Source: Amphiscolops sp. MND2022
Taxonomy: Eukaryota
Assembly (NCBI GenBank): GCA_964187785.1
Contig: OZ076411.1
Location: forward strand, 20,646,001 to 20,710,000
Reading direction: 5' to 3'
Length of the DNA: 64,000 bases
Under the pieces are notes generated by a model that saw only the letters and a list, made by a program, of their open reading frames with translations, had not been told where the DNA came from and did no database searches. A program made the translations under genes and the position numbers. How positions within the stretch are numbered: position 1 is the first letter of the stretch; every line of letters starts with the position of its first letter. Below are positions 50,151 to 63,400 of the stretch, in pieces.

Positions 50151-50899
50151 AGGTTCTAGAACTTTGTTGATACCTCCTGAGATTGATTATAATATATTTT
50201 CAATGGAGCCAGCAAAGTGTTTCTAAAAAGTACTTCTGGGACCTCAACCCTCATTCTGACCTGGAGTTGAGTTAGAGGAGAGACATGTCCGTCAGCCCTC
50301 AAGAGAAATTAAAGGCAATCTGTAGAGCTTTAAGGTGACTGTTGAACGTTGAAGAAGCTTTCACTTTAGTTCTCTCCTTTCAGACGTAGCTACATTTGTG
50401 AAACTGCTACAAGTCTAACTTTCCCAGGATGCAGCCTGCGATGGCAATATGTACAGTATTCCAGATGGAACACTCATAGCTAAAGTGTTGCCTCAGGCGA
50501 TCCTTTCAGTATAAAGAAAAAAGTTTTAAAAAACCCTGCATAAAACTGATTATTTTGAATAATGTAAATGCCTGACTTCTTTTTACAACTGTTTATTGAA
50601 TAGCATGAAAACCATTCATGTTAGTTTTTTTTAAGTCATGTGATCTCACGTTTGCAAATTGCAGGAAAATAAATACTTGAAGAAACAAGCAAATTGTGAT
50701 ACGCATGAAACAGCGTTCTTGAGCTAACGACGTGTACCCGTAAATATTATTTTGGATGGTTGTTTGGAGCTTTTGTTTGTTTTCATCTTATTGCCTCCTT
50801 ATTTTTTCATGTTCTAGTTAGTCGAGGAGGTTTGCTACTTGCAGGTGGGTTGCGTGATGGTATTATGCATTCCTAAGGTTGCTCATACGGAAGGTAAGG

Positions 50900-51416
50900 A
50901 TAAAAGGTTTTATTTAGGTGAGGTCATCATCAGTACATACTGTCGATTTAAAGCCGTTTGTATTATTTTTAATACCTTTGATCTCGGTTTCATTGTCAGC
51001 TAATCAATGATTGAGTTCATCAAAAAGTTGTTTGTCCATTTTCACATTTTCATATAAGAGAACAGATAGCCCGAAGGAGTACTGTTAGTGTGTGAACATT
51101 AAGATAAGAGTTTTCAATGGTAACTTCTTCTATTTTAGAGTCACAGAAAACTATTTTCCACTGGTTGACATATTCTTTGATTATAGAGTTGAGATTGAAG
51201 TGGGGTCTAGGGTTTCGGGTTATTAAACAGTTTTGGGCAGCTTCTTCAATTTTCTTCAATATAACTGATGAAAATTGGTCTTCCTTCTTTTGCCCAACAG
51301 AACATGCTGGTCACCATTAGACGGTTTAATGGACATAGATCACGAGAGTCGGAGTCCAGTACAGGACAAGGACGCAATTATCCCATTGATGTTATAGATA
51401 GATTCTGGGCAATCAT
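50900..51416 (-). pseudogene. Decayed ORF of unknown family with upstream TATA-like box
   Basis: ATG at 51416 with TATAAAA about 80 nt upstream (51494-51500). The frame MIAQNL...LMVTSMFCWAKEGRP.../LKKIEEAAQNCLITRNPRPHFNLNSIIKEY has stops and a frameshift. Confidence 0.3.
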
Positions 51417-52100
51417 TTTTCTCTTGTTTTTTGTTTCGTAAAGTTGTCTGTGTTATGAATGTTCTGCATGTTGTTTTAGTAAAGGGTGTTTTCTTTTATA
51501 TGTCTAAGTGGTTGGCCGAGCTCACAACGGTGAAGGAAGCGGTGCTGTCTACTTGTCCCGCCTGGCATACTGAGAATTAGTCGTTCGCTGGGAGATGGGA
51601 GATCACGTGGCTGTAATTAGTTTTCTTCGTAGCCTAAACTGTTTATAAACTCAGGAGGAGGAAACCATTGAGCTCATGCTCTTTATTTAGTATTTTGGTT
51701 ATATATATTTCATTTCGTATTAGTAAAGTTTTTAATTTTGAGCTCCGTATCTTTCTTTTCCTAGTGTTCTGAGTCAGCTAAAAGAGCGTTTTTATTTAGT
51801 TTTTTCATTTGATATAAAACCAGAAGCATTGTTCTTCTTTTCAAATGATTAAGGAATAGCTTGTTCGAGTTCAAGCGGTTGCGACGTTGTCCTCAAAATA
51901 GTAGGTGCACTGATGGGCATAGTAGTCATAGGAAACAACGAATATTGTAGTGATCGAAATTGTCAACATTTGGTGGTCATGAGAAAAAATGTGTAGTCGG
52001 AGAGAGGATTTTTTCCCGTCGAAGCGTTAAGTGAAAACAGAGTTGAATGTTTCTTGAAAATTTTTTCGTTCAGTGGCGAGATGGTAAAAAGCATAACACT

Positions 52101-52726
52101 TAGGGAACATCGTTTTTAGTCGGCGCATTTTCCTTTAAGGAAAAAAGCCCGACTATTACAGTGGCTAGTTTTTTTTTTTCCGTCAGACCACAGAGCTCAT
52201 CGCGTATGTACCACTTTTTACAGAAACTGATAAGTTCACTCAGGCCAAGTTCCACCAATGCAAACTTACTGCAAAGGGTCCCCCCTTTCGTTTTTTACCT
52301 TTTTTACGTAACCTACAAGACCGGAAGACTCCAAAGGGTCCCCCCTTTCAATTTTTTTTCGGCACTGTGCGAATTTTTTTTTCGAAAATTTTCAATTTTT
52401 CAAAAGAGTCCCCCCTTCGGATTTTTTGATATTTTGCAACAGAAAATATGTTAATGAATCCCAAAGGGTCCCCCCTTTTCATTTTTCGGCACTATGCGAC
52501 GTTTTCGAAGTTTTTTTCAAAAATTTTTTTCAAAAAAAATTTTCAAAAATTTTTTTGTTTCCAGTCGAGAAAAGTGATTTTCCAGTCATATCGAGCATGA
52601 AAGGCACACTTTGGGTGTCTCGAAAGTGTTTTCAAAGCTTTTCATGAATACATCCTGGGCATATTTAGAAAACTGAGCTTTTTGAGCCTTAGATATAGCG
52701 CCGACTTTAGACGTTCCCGTCTTGTT
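52101..52726 (+). mobile_element. Non-autonomous Helitron/Helentron-like element ends with internal AAGGGTCCCCCCTT repeats
   Basis: Hairpin AGTCGG...CCGACT (52118-52154) followed 10 nt later by CTAG|T-run; inverted copy GCGCCGACT at 52698-52706 ending in CTTGTT; 4 AAG(G/A)GTCCCCC motifs between them. Confidence 0.45.
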
Positions 52727-52849
52727 TATTGGAGTTTTAACTATTGATTTGTGATTGCACAAGGGTTTTTAAAATCCACTACACTTTGTTATAGGCGTGT
52801 AGTTAACGAATTATTTTGGAAAGCTTTTCCTCTTTAGGAAAATGTCAAG

Positions 52850-53790
52850 TGGTTGCGCCGAGTAACTTTGTCCTTAACTGTTCGGTCGTCATATATTGAA
52901 AAGATTTCCGTGATCATGTGCTTTCGAAATCATTTGACGGCATTTTGATAGGTCGACAAGTAGATATGTTTGAAGTTGTTTTCCTGAGTAATGTCTTTGT
53001 CGGAAAAATGTGGTCTATGCAATCTTTACTTAGATTTGTTGAGTAGCCACTTTTCAGTATGCGCGAGAGATGATAATCAATCGCAATATGTTGAATTGCA
53101 TTGTTTGTTTCTATCACTGATTAGTCCAAGTTTCCAGGTCCAGGGAGTTTTTGGCTTGATCACAAACACTACTTGGTAAGGGGTTAGTCCCTTAGTACAG
53201 TTCCCAATTGTGATAATGGCGGAAGCAAATTGGTGGCAATTGTTACCTGATTCGTTAGAAAGGTTTCTCCAGTAACTTACGAAGTGCTGATTTTGTTCTT
53301 CTAGGGTTCCCTCGGTACATTAAAAATATGTCAATCTTGGAGCAAAAGTTATTCCAAATTCTTCGTTCCAATTGATGAAAATGTTGTTTATCAGGGCTGT
53401 TCTGTCGTCGTGTTTTATCATCTGAGGGATTCCGTAAGATGTGGTCAAGTGCGTTGATAGTTGTTTGTTCGCCAATAACTTTGAATGGGTCTACACCGAT
53501 GAATCGTTAAAACGCGTCAACTGCGACCAAGTCAATATATTAGAATTGCTGTAAGACCTAAGTGGCCCTCTATGGTGGACTGTTTTGAACCGGGTGGTTT
53601 CAAGTTCTCCCCATTGTACTAAGAGAGCTTCATGTAAATCATGGCGTTCCGATTTGTTGGTTTAGCGTTCAATGCAATCTTCTATTAGTAGAACAATCCG
53701 TGTGTAACGTTGTTCGAAAATTTTGATGATCATAGGGTGACCACTTTTGCTCTGTGAATGAGCTAGCCATCAATGTTTCACGTGTTTTGC
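52850..53790 (-). pseudogene. Gypsy integrase fragment (third lineage), degenerate
   Basis: AHSQSKSGH...DCIE (HHCC); QWGELETTRFKTVHHRGPL; VAVDAF*RFIGV; YGIPQMIKHDD; GTLEEQNQH; GLTPYQVVF. Confidence 0.85.
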
Positions 53791-54422
53791 CAGACAGAAG
53801 CTCAAAGGGGATAAAAGGCCTGTTGTTTGATCAAAGTGTAGAAACATCGATAACAGTTGAACCGAATAACTTGGTTCACACTGTCAGGAGATTGAACGCT
53901 TAAAATTAGAAGACGCGACAGACAAAACCAGTGTGCCTAAAAAACCGTCACGAGCAATTTGATGTCTGATTCCGAAATAGTCGTACATTAACTACTGAAA
54001 CGTTTTCAGAACTCAGGGCCCTTCTCTACAAAGAGTTCTCACCATCGCACATCATGATGTCAACTAAGACTACGCTAAAGTCTAGTTGCTTGGAGGTGCC
54101 CCCACCGTCAAAAAGCTGTTTGCATACTCTTTCGACTTTCTTACAGTTTTAGTAGTCGCGATAACGATTTCCGATGTAATGCTGTTGAACGTTTCTCACA
54201 TTAAAATGAGAATTTTCTCTTTTAGACCCAAGGGTTCGGCAATTGCTACTTTGTTTTGCAATTTGTTCGCTAGCTAACAACTCCTAATACAAAACTTAGC
54301 CAGAATCGTCTCTGTTTGCACAGTTTTCATGTCGAAAATGAAAATTATATTGCTTTGATAATGACTTTGCTGTCTTCAAAGCTAATACCGAAAAACTCAT
54401 TTCATGTTTTTTTACCGAGAAG

Positions 54423-57400
54423 AAAATTGAATAAAGTTGAATTGAATGAACATTGATGTTGGCAGAAGATTTCACTTTAGAACATGATCCTTGTTGGCTG
54501 AATTGATTTTGCAGTAAATTCGACTAAGGATTTTTCTGGAAGTTTTCGATTCTTTTTAAACTATTTCGCGAGGCATTAGCTGCTACGGGTAAAAGACGAA
54601 AACGGCATGTTTATTGATTTGTATAAATTCAGTCTAACTCATGGGAAGCGCTCATGTGAAGCGGGGAATTTTTTCGGACATATAAGTAACATCTGTTGTC
54701 TTCCCGCCTAATCTTTTCGTTTTGCTATGTGATGACGACGATGAAGTAGTTAACGCCGTCTTTCCTAGGTCGTTTGCAGATGCGAGCTCCGGAAAATCTT
54801 TCAAATACAGCACGGTTTCACTTTTGTTTCACAAAGAGAGTGAGGAACATTTGTCATCTTCAAAAGCAAAAACATTTTGTTTCTTGTTGCCCACTCGGAC
54901 TTTTTCTCTACTAACTGAGAGCATTGACACTATTGTTAAGTGGAACAGTTTCAGATTGCCAGCGAAGAAACGAAAGCCCACAGTTCTTTATGCAATCAGA
55001 GAGATCATTCAATACGCCTGCACACAAAGAATGGTCCTAAATTAGATTCCTGCGTTACAACGCTTGGAAAAAGAATCTTTTTCGGATCTATCACTGCCGC
55101 AATGTCACGCAGCAATCATTTTTCTTTTGTTTTTTGTTTCGTAAAGTTGTCTGTGTTATGAATGTTCTGCATGTTGTTTTAGTAAAGGTGTTTTCTTTTA
55201 TATGTCTAAGTGGTTGGCCGAGCTCACAAGGGTGAAGGAATAAAATTGAATAAAGTTGAATTGAACGAACATTGATGTTGGCAGAAGATTTCACTTTAGA
55301 ACATGATCCTTGTTGGCTGAATTGAATTTGCAGTAAATTCGACTAAGGATTTTTCTGGAAGTTTTCGATTCTTTTTAAACTATTTCGCGAGGCATTAGCT
55401 GCTACGGGTAAAAGACAAAAACGGCATGTTTATTGATTTGTATAAATTCAGTCTAACTCATGGGAAGCGCTCATGTGAAGCGGGGAATTTCTTCGGACAT
55501 ATAAGTAACATCTGTTGTCTTCCCGCTTAATGTTTTCGTTATGCAATGTGATGACGACAATACAGTAGTTAACGCCGTCTTTCCTAGGTCTTTTGCAGAT
55601 GCGAGCTCCGGAAAATCTTTCAAATACAGCACGGTTTCACTTTTATTTCACAAAGAGAGTGAGGAACATTTGTCATCTTCAAAAGCAAAAACATTTTGTT
55701 TCTTGTTGCCCACTCGGACTTTTTCTCTACTAACTGAGAGCATTGACACTATTGTTAAGTGGAACAGTTTCAGACTGCCAGCGAAGAAACGAAAGCCCAC
55801 AGTCCTTTATGCAATCAGAGAGATCATTCAATACGCCTGCACACAAAGAATGGTCCTAAATTAGATTCCTGCGTTACAACGCTTGGAAAAAGAATCTTTT
55901 CCGGATCTATCACTGCCGCAATGTCACGCGGCAATCATTTTTCTTTTGTTTTTTGTTTCGTAAAGTTGTCTGTGTTATGAATGTTCTGCATGTTGTTTTA
56001 GTAAAGGTGTTTTCTTTTATATGTCTAAGTGGTTGGCCGAGCTCACAAGGGTGAAGGAATAAAATTGAATAAAAATGAATTGAATGAACATTGATGTTGG
56101 CAGAAGATTTCACTTTAGAACATGATCCTTGTTGGCTGAATTGATTTTGCAGTAAATTCGACTCAGGATTTTTCTGGAAGTTTTCGATTCTTTTTAAACT
56201 ATTTCGCGAGGCATTAGCTGCTACGGGTAAAAGACAAAAACGGCTTGTTTATTGATTTGTATAAATTCAGTCTAACTCATGGGAAGCGCTCATGTGAAGC
56301 GGGGAATTTCTTCGGACATATAAGTAACATCTGTTGTCTTCCCGCTTAATGTTTTCGTTATGCAATGTGATGACGACGATACAGTAGTTAACGCCGTCTT
56401 TCCTAGTTCTTTTGCAGATGCGAGCTCCGGAAAATCATTCAAATACAGCACGGTTTCACTTTTGTTTCACAAAGAGAGTGAGGAACATTTGTCATCTTCA
56501 AAAGCAAAAACATTTTGTTTCTTGTTGCCCACTCGGACTTTTTCTCTACTAACTGAGAGCATTGACACTATTGTTAAAAGGAACAGTTTCAGATTGCCAG
56601 CGAAGAAACGAAAGCCCACAGTTCTTTATGCAATCAGAGAGATCATTCAATACGCCTGCACACAAAGAATGGTCCTAAAATAGATCCCTGCGTTACAACG
56701 CTTAGAAAAAGAATCTTTTTCGGATCTATCACTGCCGCCATGTCACGCGGCAATCATTTTTCTTTTGTTTTTTGTTTCGTAAAGTTGTCTGTGTTATGAA
56801 TGTTCTGCATGTTGTTTTAGTAAAGTTGTTTTATTTTATATGTCTAAGTGGTTGGCCGAGCTCACAAGGGTGAAGGAATAAAATTGAATAAAGTTGAATT
56901 GAATGAACATTGATGTTGGCAGAAGATTTCACTTTAGAACATGATCCTTGTTGGCTGAATTGAATTTGCAGTAAAGTCGACCAAGGATTTTTCTAGAAGT
57001 TTTCGATTCTTCTTAAACTATTTCGCGGGGCATTAGCTGCTACGGGTAAAAGACAAAAACGGCATGTTTATTGATTTGTATAAATTCAGTCTAACTCATG
57101 GGAAGCGCTCATGTGAAGCGGGGAATTTCTTCGGACATATAGGTAATATCTGTTGTCTTCCCGCTTAATGTTTTCGTTATGCTATGTGATGACGACAATA
57201 AAGTAGTTAACGCCGTCTTTCCTAGGTCTTTTGCAGATGCGAGCTCCGGAAAATCATTCAAATACAGCACGGTTTCACTTTTGTTTCACAAAGAGAGTGA
57301 GGAACATTTGTCATCTTCAAAAGCAAAAAAAATTTGTTTCTTGTTGCCCACTCGGACTTTTTCTCTACTAACTGAGAGCATTGACACTATTGTTAAGTGG

Positions 57401-60400
57401 AACAGTTTCAGATTGCCAGCGAAGAAACGAAAGCCCACAGTTCTTTATGCAATCAGAGAGATCATTCAATACGCCTGCACACAAAGAATGGTCCTAAATT
57501 AGATTCCTGCGTTACAACGCTTGGAAAAAGAATCTTTTTCGGACCTATCACTGCCGCAATGTCACGCGGCAATCATTTTTCTTTTGTTTTTTGTTTCGTA
57601 AAGTTGTCTGTGTTATGAATGTTCTGCATGTTGTTTTAGTAAAGGTGTTTTCTTTTATATGTCTAAGTGGTTGGCCGAGCTCACAAGGGTGAAGGAATAA
57701 AATTGAATAAAAATGAATTGAATGAACATTGATGTTGGCAGAAGATTTCACTTTAGAACATGATCCTTGTTGGCTGAATTGAATTTGCAGTAAGTTCGAC
57801 TAAGGATTTTTCTGGAAGTTTTCGATTCTTTTTAAACTATTTCGCGAGGCATTAGCTGCTACGGGTAAAAGACAAAAACGGCATGTTTATTGATTTGTAT
57901 AAATTCAGTCTAACTCATGGGAAGCGCTCATGTGAAGCGGGGAATTTCTTCGGACATATAAGTAACATCTGTTGTCTTCCCGCTTAATGTTTTCGTTATG
58001 CAATGTGATGACGACGATACAGTAGTTAACGCCGTCTTTCCTAGTTCTTTTGCAGATGCGAGCTCCGGAAAATCATTCAAATACAGCACGGTTTCACTTT
58101 TGTTTCACAAAGAGAGTGAGGAACATTTGTCATCTTCAAAAGCAAAAACATTTTGTTTCTTGTTGCCCACTCGGACTTTTTCTCTACTAACTGAGAGCAT
58201 TGACACTATTGTTAAAAGGAACAGTTTCAGATTGCCAGCGAAGAAACGAAAGCCCACAGTTCTTTATGCAATCAGAGAGATCATTCAATACGCCTGCACA
58301 CAAAGAATGGTCCTAAAATAGATCCCTGCGTTACAACGCTTAGAAAAAGAATCTTTTTCGGATCTATCACTGCCGCCATGTCACGCGGCAATCATTTTTC
58401 TTTTGTTTTTTGTTTCGTAAAGTTGTCTGTGTTATGAATGTTCTGCATGTTGTTTTAGTAAAGTTGTTTTATTTTATATGTCTAAGTGGTTGGCCGAGCT
58501 CACAAGGGTGAAGGAATAAAATTGAATAAAGTTGAATTGAATTAACATTGATGTTGACAGAAGATTTCACTTTAGAACATGATCCTTGTTGGCTGAATTG
58601 AATTTGCAGTAAAGTCGACCAAGGATTTTTCTAGAAGTTTTCGATTCTTCTTAAACTATTTCGCGGGGCATTAGCTGCTACGGGTAAAAGACAAAAACGG
58701 CATGTTTATTGATTTGTATAAATTCAGTCTAACTCATGGGAAGCGCTCATGTGAAGCGGGGAATTTCTTCGGACATATAAGTAATATCTGTTGTCTTCCC
58801 GCTTAATGTTTTCGTTTTGCTATGTGATGACGACGATGAAGTAGTTAACGCCGTCTTTCCTAGGTCGTTTGCAGATGCGAGCTCCGGAAAATCTTTCAAA
58901 TACAGCACGGTTTCACTTTTGTTTCACAAAGAGAGTGAGGAACATTTGTCATCTTCAAAAGCAAAAAAATTTTGTTTCTTGTTGCCCACTCGGACTTTTT
59001 CTCTACTAACTGAGAGCATTGACACTATTGTTAAGTGGAACAGTTTCAGATTGCCAGCGAAGAAACAAAAGCCCACAGTTCTTCATGCAATCAGAGAGAT
59101 CATTCAATACGCCTACACACAAAGAATGGTCCTAAAATAGATCCCTGCGTTACAACGCTTGGAAAAAGAATCTTTTTCGGATCTATCACTGCCGCAATGT
59201 CACGCGGCAATCACTTTTCTTTTGTTTTTTGTTTCGTAAAGTTGTCTGTGTTATGAATGTTCTGCATGTTGTTTAAGTAAAGGTGTTTTCTTTTATATGT
59301 CTAAGTGGTTGGCCGAGCTCACAAGGGTGAAGGAATAAAATTGAATAAAGTTGAATTGAATGAACATTGATGTTGGCAGAAGATTTCACATTAGAACATG
59401 ATCCTTGTTGGCTGAATTGAATTTGCAGTAAAGTCGACCAAGGATTGTTCTAGAAGTTTTCGATTCTTTTTAAACTATTTCGCGGGGCATTAGCTGCTAC
59501 GGGTAAAAGACAAAAACGGCATGTTTATTGATTTGTATAAATTCAGTCTAACTCATGGGAAGCGCTCATGTGAAGCGGGGAATTTCTTCGGACATATGAG
59601 TAATATCTGTTGTCTTCCCGCTTAATGTTTTCGTTATGCTATGTGATGACGACAATAAAGTAGTTAACGCCGTCTTTCCTAGGTCTTTTGCAGATGCGAG
59701 CTCCGGAAAATCATTCAAATACACCACGGTTTCACTTTTGTTTCACAAAGAGAGTGAGGAACATTTGTCATCTTCAAAAGCAAAAACATTTTGTTTCTTG
59801 TTGCCCACTCGGACTTTTTCTCTACTAACTGAGAGCATTGACACTATTGTTAAGTGGAACAGTTCCAGATTGCCAGCGAAGAAACGAAAGCCCACATTTC
59901 TTTATGCAATCAGAGAGATCATTCAATACGCCTGCACACAAAGAATGGTCCTAAAATAGATCCCTGCGTTACAACGCTTGGAAAAAGAATCTTTTTCGGA
60001 TCTATCACTGCCGCAATGTCACGCGGCAATCATTTTTCTTTTGTTTTTTGTTTCGTAAAGTTGTCTGTGTTATGAATGTTCTGCATGTTGTTTTAGTAAA
60101 GGTGTTTTCTTTTATATGTCTAAGTGGTTGGCCGAGCTCACAAGGGTGAAGGAATAAAATTGAATAAAGTTGAATTGAATGAACATTGATGTTGGCAGAA
60201 GATTTCACTTTAGAACATGATCCTTGTTGGCTGAATTGAATTTGCAGTAAATTCGACTAAGGATTTTTCTGGAAGTTTTCGATTCTTTTTAATATATTTC
60301 GCGAGGCATTAGCTGCTACGGGTAAAAGACAAAAACGGCATGTTTATTGATTTGTATAAATTCAGTCTAACTCATGGGAAGCGCTCATGTGAAGCGGGGA

Positions 60401-63400
60401 ATTTCTTCGGACATATAAGTAATATCTGTTGTCTTCCCGCTTAATGTTTTCGTTATGCTATGTGATGACGACAATAAAGTAGTTAACGCCGTCTTTCCTA
60501 GGTCTTTTGCAGATGCGAGCTCCGGAAAATCATTCAAATACAGCACGGTTTCACTTTTGTTTCACAAAGAGAGTGAGGAACATTTGTCATCTTCAAAAGC
60601 AAAAAAAATTTGTTTCTTGTTGCCCACTCGGACTTTTTCTCTACTAACTGAGAGCATTGACACTATTGTTAAGTGGAACAGTTTCAGATTGCCAGCGAAG
60701 AAACGAAAGCCCACAGTTCTTTATGCAATCAGAGAGATCATTCAATACGCCTGCACACAAAGAATGGTCCTAAATTAGATTCCTGCGTTACAACGCTTGG
60801 AAAAAGAATCTTTTTCGGACCTATCACTGCCGCAATGTCACGCGGCAATCATTTTTCTTTTGTTTTTTGTTTCGTAAAGTTGTCTGTGTTATGAATGTTC
60901 TGCATGTTGTTTTAGTAAAGGTGTTTTCTTTTATATGTCTAAGTGGTTGGCCGAGCTCACAAGGGTGAAGGAATAAAATTGAATAAAAATGAATTGAATG
61001 AACATTGATGTTGGCAGAAGATTTCACTTTAGAACATGATCCTTGTTGGCTGAATTGAATTTGCAGTAAGTTCGACTAAGGATTTTTCTGGAAGTTTTCG
61101 ATTCTTTTTAAACTATTTCGCGAGGCATTAGCTGCTACGGGTAAAAGACAAAAACGGCATGTTTATTGATTTGTATAAATTCAGTCTAACTCATGGGAAG
61201 CGCTCATGTGAAGCGGGGAATTTCTTCGGACATATAAGTAACATCTGTTGTCTTCCCGCTTAATGTTTTCGTTATGCAATGTGATGACGACGATACAGTA
61301 GTTAACGCCGTCTTTCCTAGTTCTTTTGCAGATGCGAGCTCCGGAAAATCATTCAAATACAGCACGGTTTCACTTTTGTTTCACAAAGAGAGTGAGGAAC
61401 ATTTGTCATCTTCAAAAGCAAAAACATTTTGTTTCTTGTTGCCCACTCGGACTTTTTCTCTACTAACTGAGAGCATTGACACTATTGTTAAAAGGAACAG
61501 TTTCAGATTGCCAGCGAAGAAACGAAAGCCCACAGTTCTTTATGCAATCAGAGAGATCATTCAATACGCCTGCACACAAAGAATGGTCCTAAAATAGATC
61601 CCTGCGTTACAACGCTTAGAAAAAGAATCTTTTTCGGATCTATCACTGCCGCCATGTCACGCGGCAATCATTTTTCTTTTGTTTTTTGTTTCGTAAAGTT
61701 GTCTGTGTTATGAATGTTCTGCATGTTGTTTTAGTAAAGTTGTTTTATTTTATATGTCTAAGTGGTTGGCCGAGCTCACAAGGGTGAAGGAATAAAATTG
61801 AATAAAGTTGAATTGAATTAACATTGATGTTGACAGAAGATTTCACTTTAGAACATGATCCTTGTTGGCTGAATTGAATTTGCAGTAAAGTCGACCAAGG
61901 ATTTTTCTAGAAGTTTTCGATTCTTCTTAAACTATTTCGCGGGGCATTAGCTGCTACGGGTAAAAGACAAAAACGGCATGTTTATTGATTTGTATAAATT
62001 CAGTCTAACTCATGGGAAGCGCTCATGTGAAGCGGGGAATTTCTTCGGACATATAAGTAATATCTGTTGTCTTCCCGCTTAATGTTTTCGTTTTGCTATG
62101 TGATGACGACGATGAAGTAGTTAACGCCGTCTTTCCTAGGTCGTTTGCAGATGCGAGCTCCGGAAAATCTTTCAAATACAGCACGGTTTCACTTTTGTTT
62201 CACAAAGAGAGTGAGGAACATTTGTCATCTTCAAAAGCAAAAAAATTTTGTTTCTTGTTGCCCACTCGGACTTTTTCTCTACTAACTGAGAGCATTGACA
62301 CTATTGTTAAGTGGAACAGTTTCAGATTGCCAGCGAAGAAACAAAAGCCCACAGTTCTTCATGCAATCAGAGAGATCATTCAATACGCCTACACACAAAG
62401 AATGGTCCTAAAATAGATCCCTGCGTTACAACGCTTAGAAAAAGAATCTTTTTCGGATCTATCACTGCCGCCATGTCACGCGGCAATCATTTTTCTTTTG
62501 TTTTTTGTTTCGTAAAGTTGTCTGTGTTATGAATGTTCTGCATGTTGTTTTAGTAAAGTTGTTTTATTTTATATGTCTAAGTGGTTGGCCGAGCTCACAA
62601 GGGTGAAGGAATAAAATTGAATAAAGTTGAATTGAATTAACATTGATGTTGACAGAAGATTTCACTTTAGAACATGATCCTTGTTGGCTGAATTGAATTT
62701 GCAGTAAAGTCGACCAAGGATTTTTCTAGAAGTTTTCGATTCTTCTTAAACTATTTCGCGGGGCATTAGCTGCTACGGGTAAAAGACAAAAACGGCATGT
62801 TTATTGATTTGTATAAATTCAGTCTAACTCATGGGAAGCGCTCATGTGAAGCGGGGAATTTCTTCGGACATATAAGTAATATCTGTTGTCTTCCCGCTTA
62901 ATGTTTTCGTTTTGCTATGTGATGACGACGATGAAGTAGTTAACGCCGTCTTTCCTAGGTCGTTTGCAGATGCGAGCTCCGGAAAATCTTTCAAATACAG
63001 CACGGTTTCACTTTTGTTTCACAAAGAGAGTGAGGAACATTTGTCATCTTCAAAAGCAAAAAAATTTTGTTTCTTGTTGCCCACTCGGACTTTTTCTCTA
63101 CTAACTGAGAGCATTGACACTATTGTTAAGTGGAACAGTTTCAGATTGCCAGCGAAGAAACAAAAGCCCACAGTTCTTCATGCAATCAGAGAGATCATTC
63201 AATACGCCTACACACAAAGAATGGTCCTAAAATGGATCCCTGCGTTACAACGCTTGGAAAAAGAATCTTTTTCGGATCTATCACTGCCGCAATGTCACGC
63301 GGCAATCACTTTTCTTTTGTTTTTTGTTTCGTAAAGTTGTCTGTGTTATGAATGTTCTGCATGTTGTTTAAGTAAAGGTGTTTTCTTTTATATGTCTAAG

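Noticed and set aside
54722-63334. 107-aa ORF repeated in every satellite monomer, including an FADAS motif resembling RNase H
   Set aside because: Monomers are too similar for openness to imply selection, the start codon alternates between ATG and TTG, and the spacing of downstream motifs does not fit RNase H convincingly.
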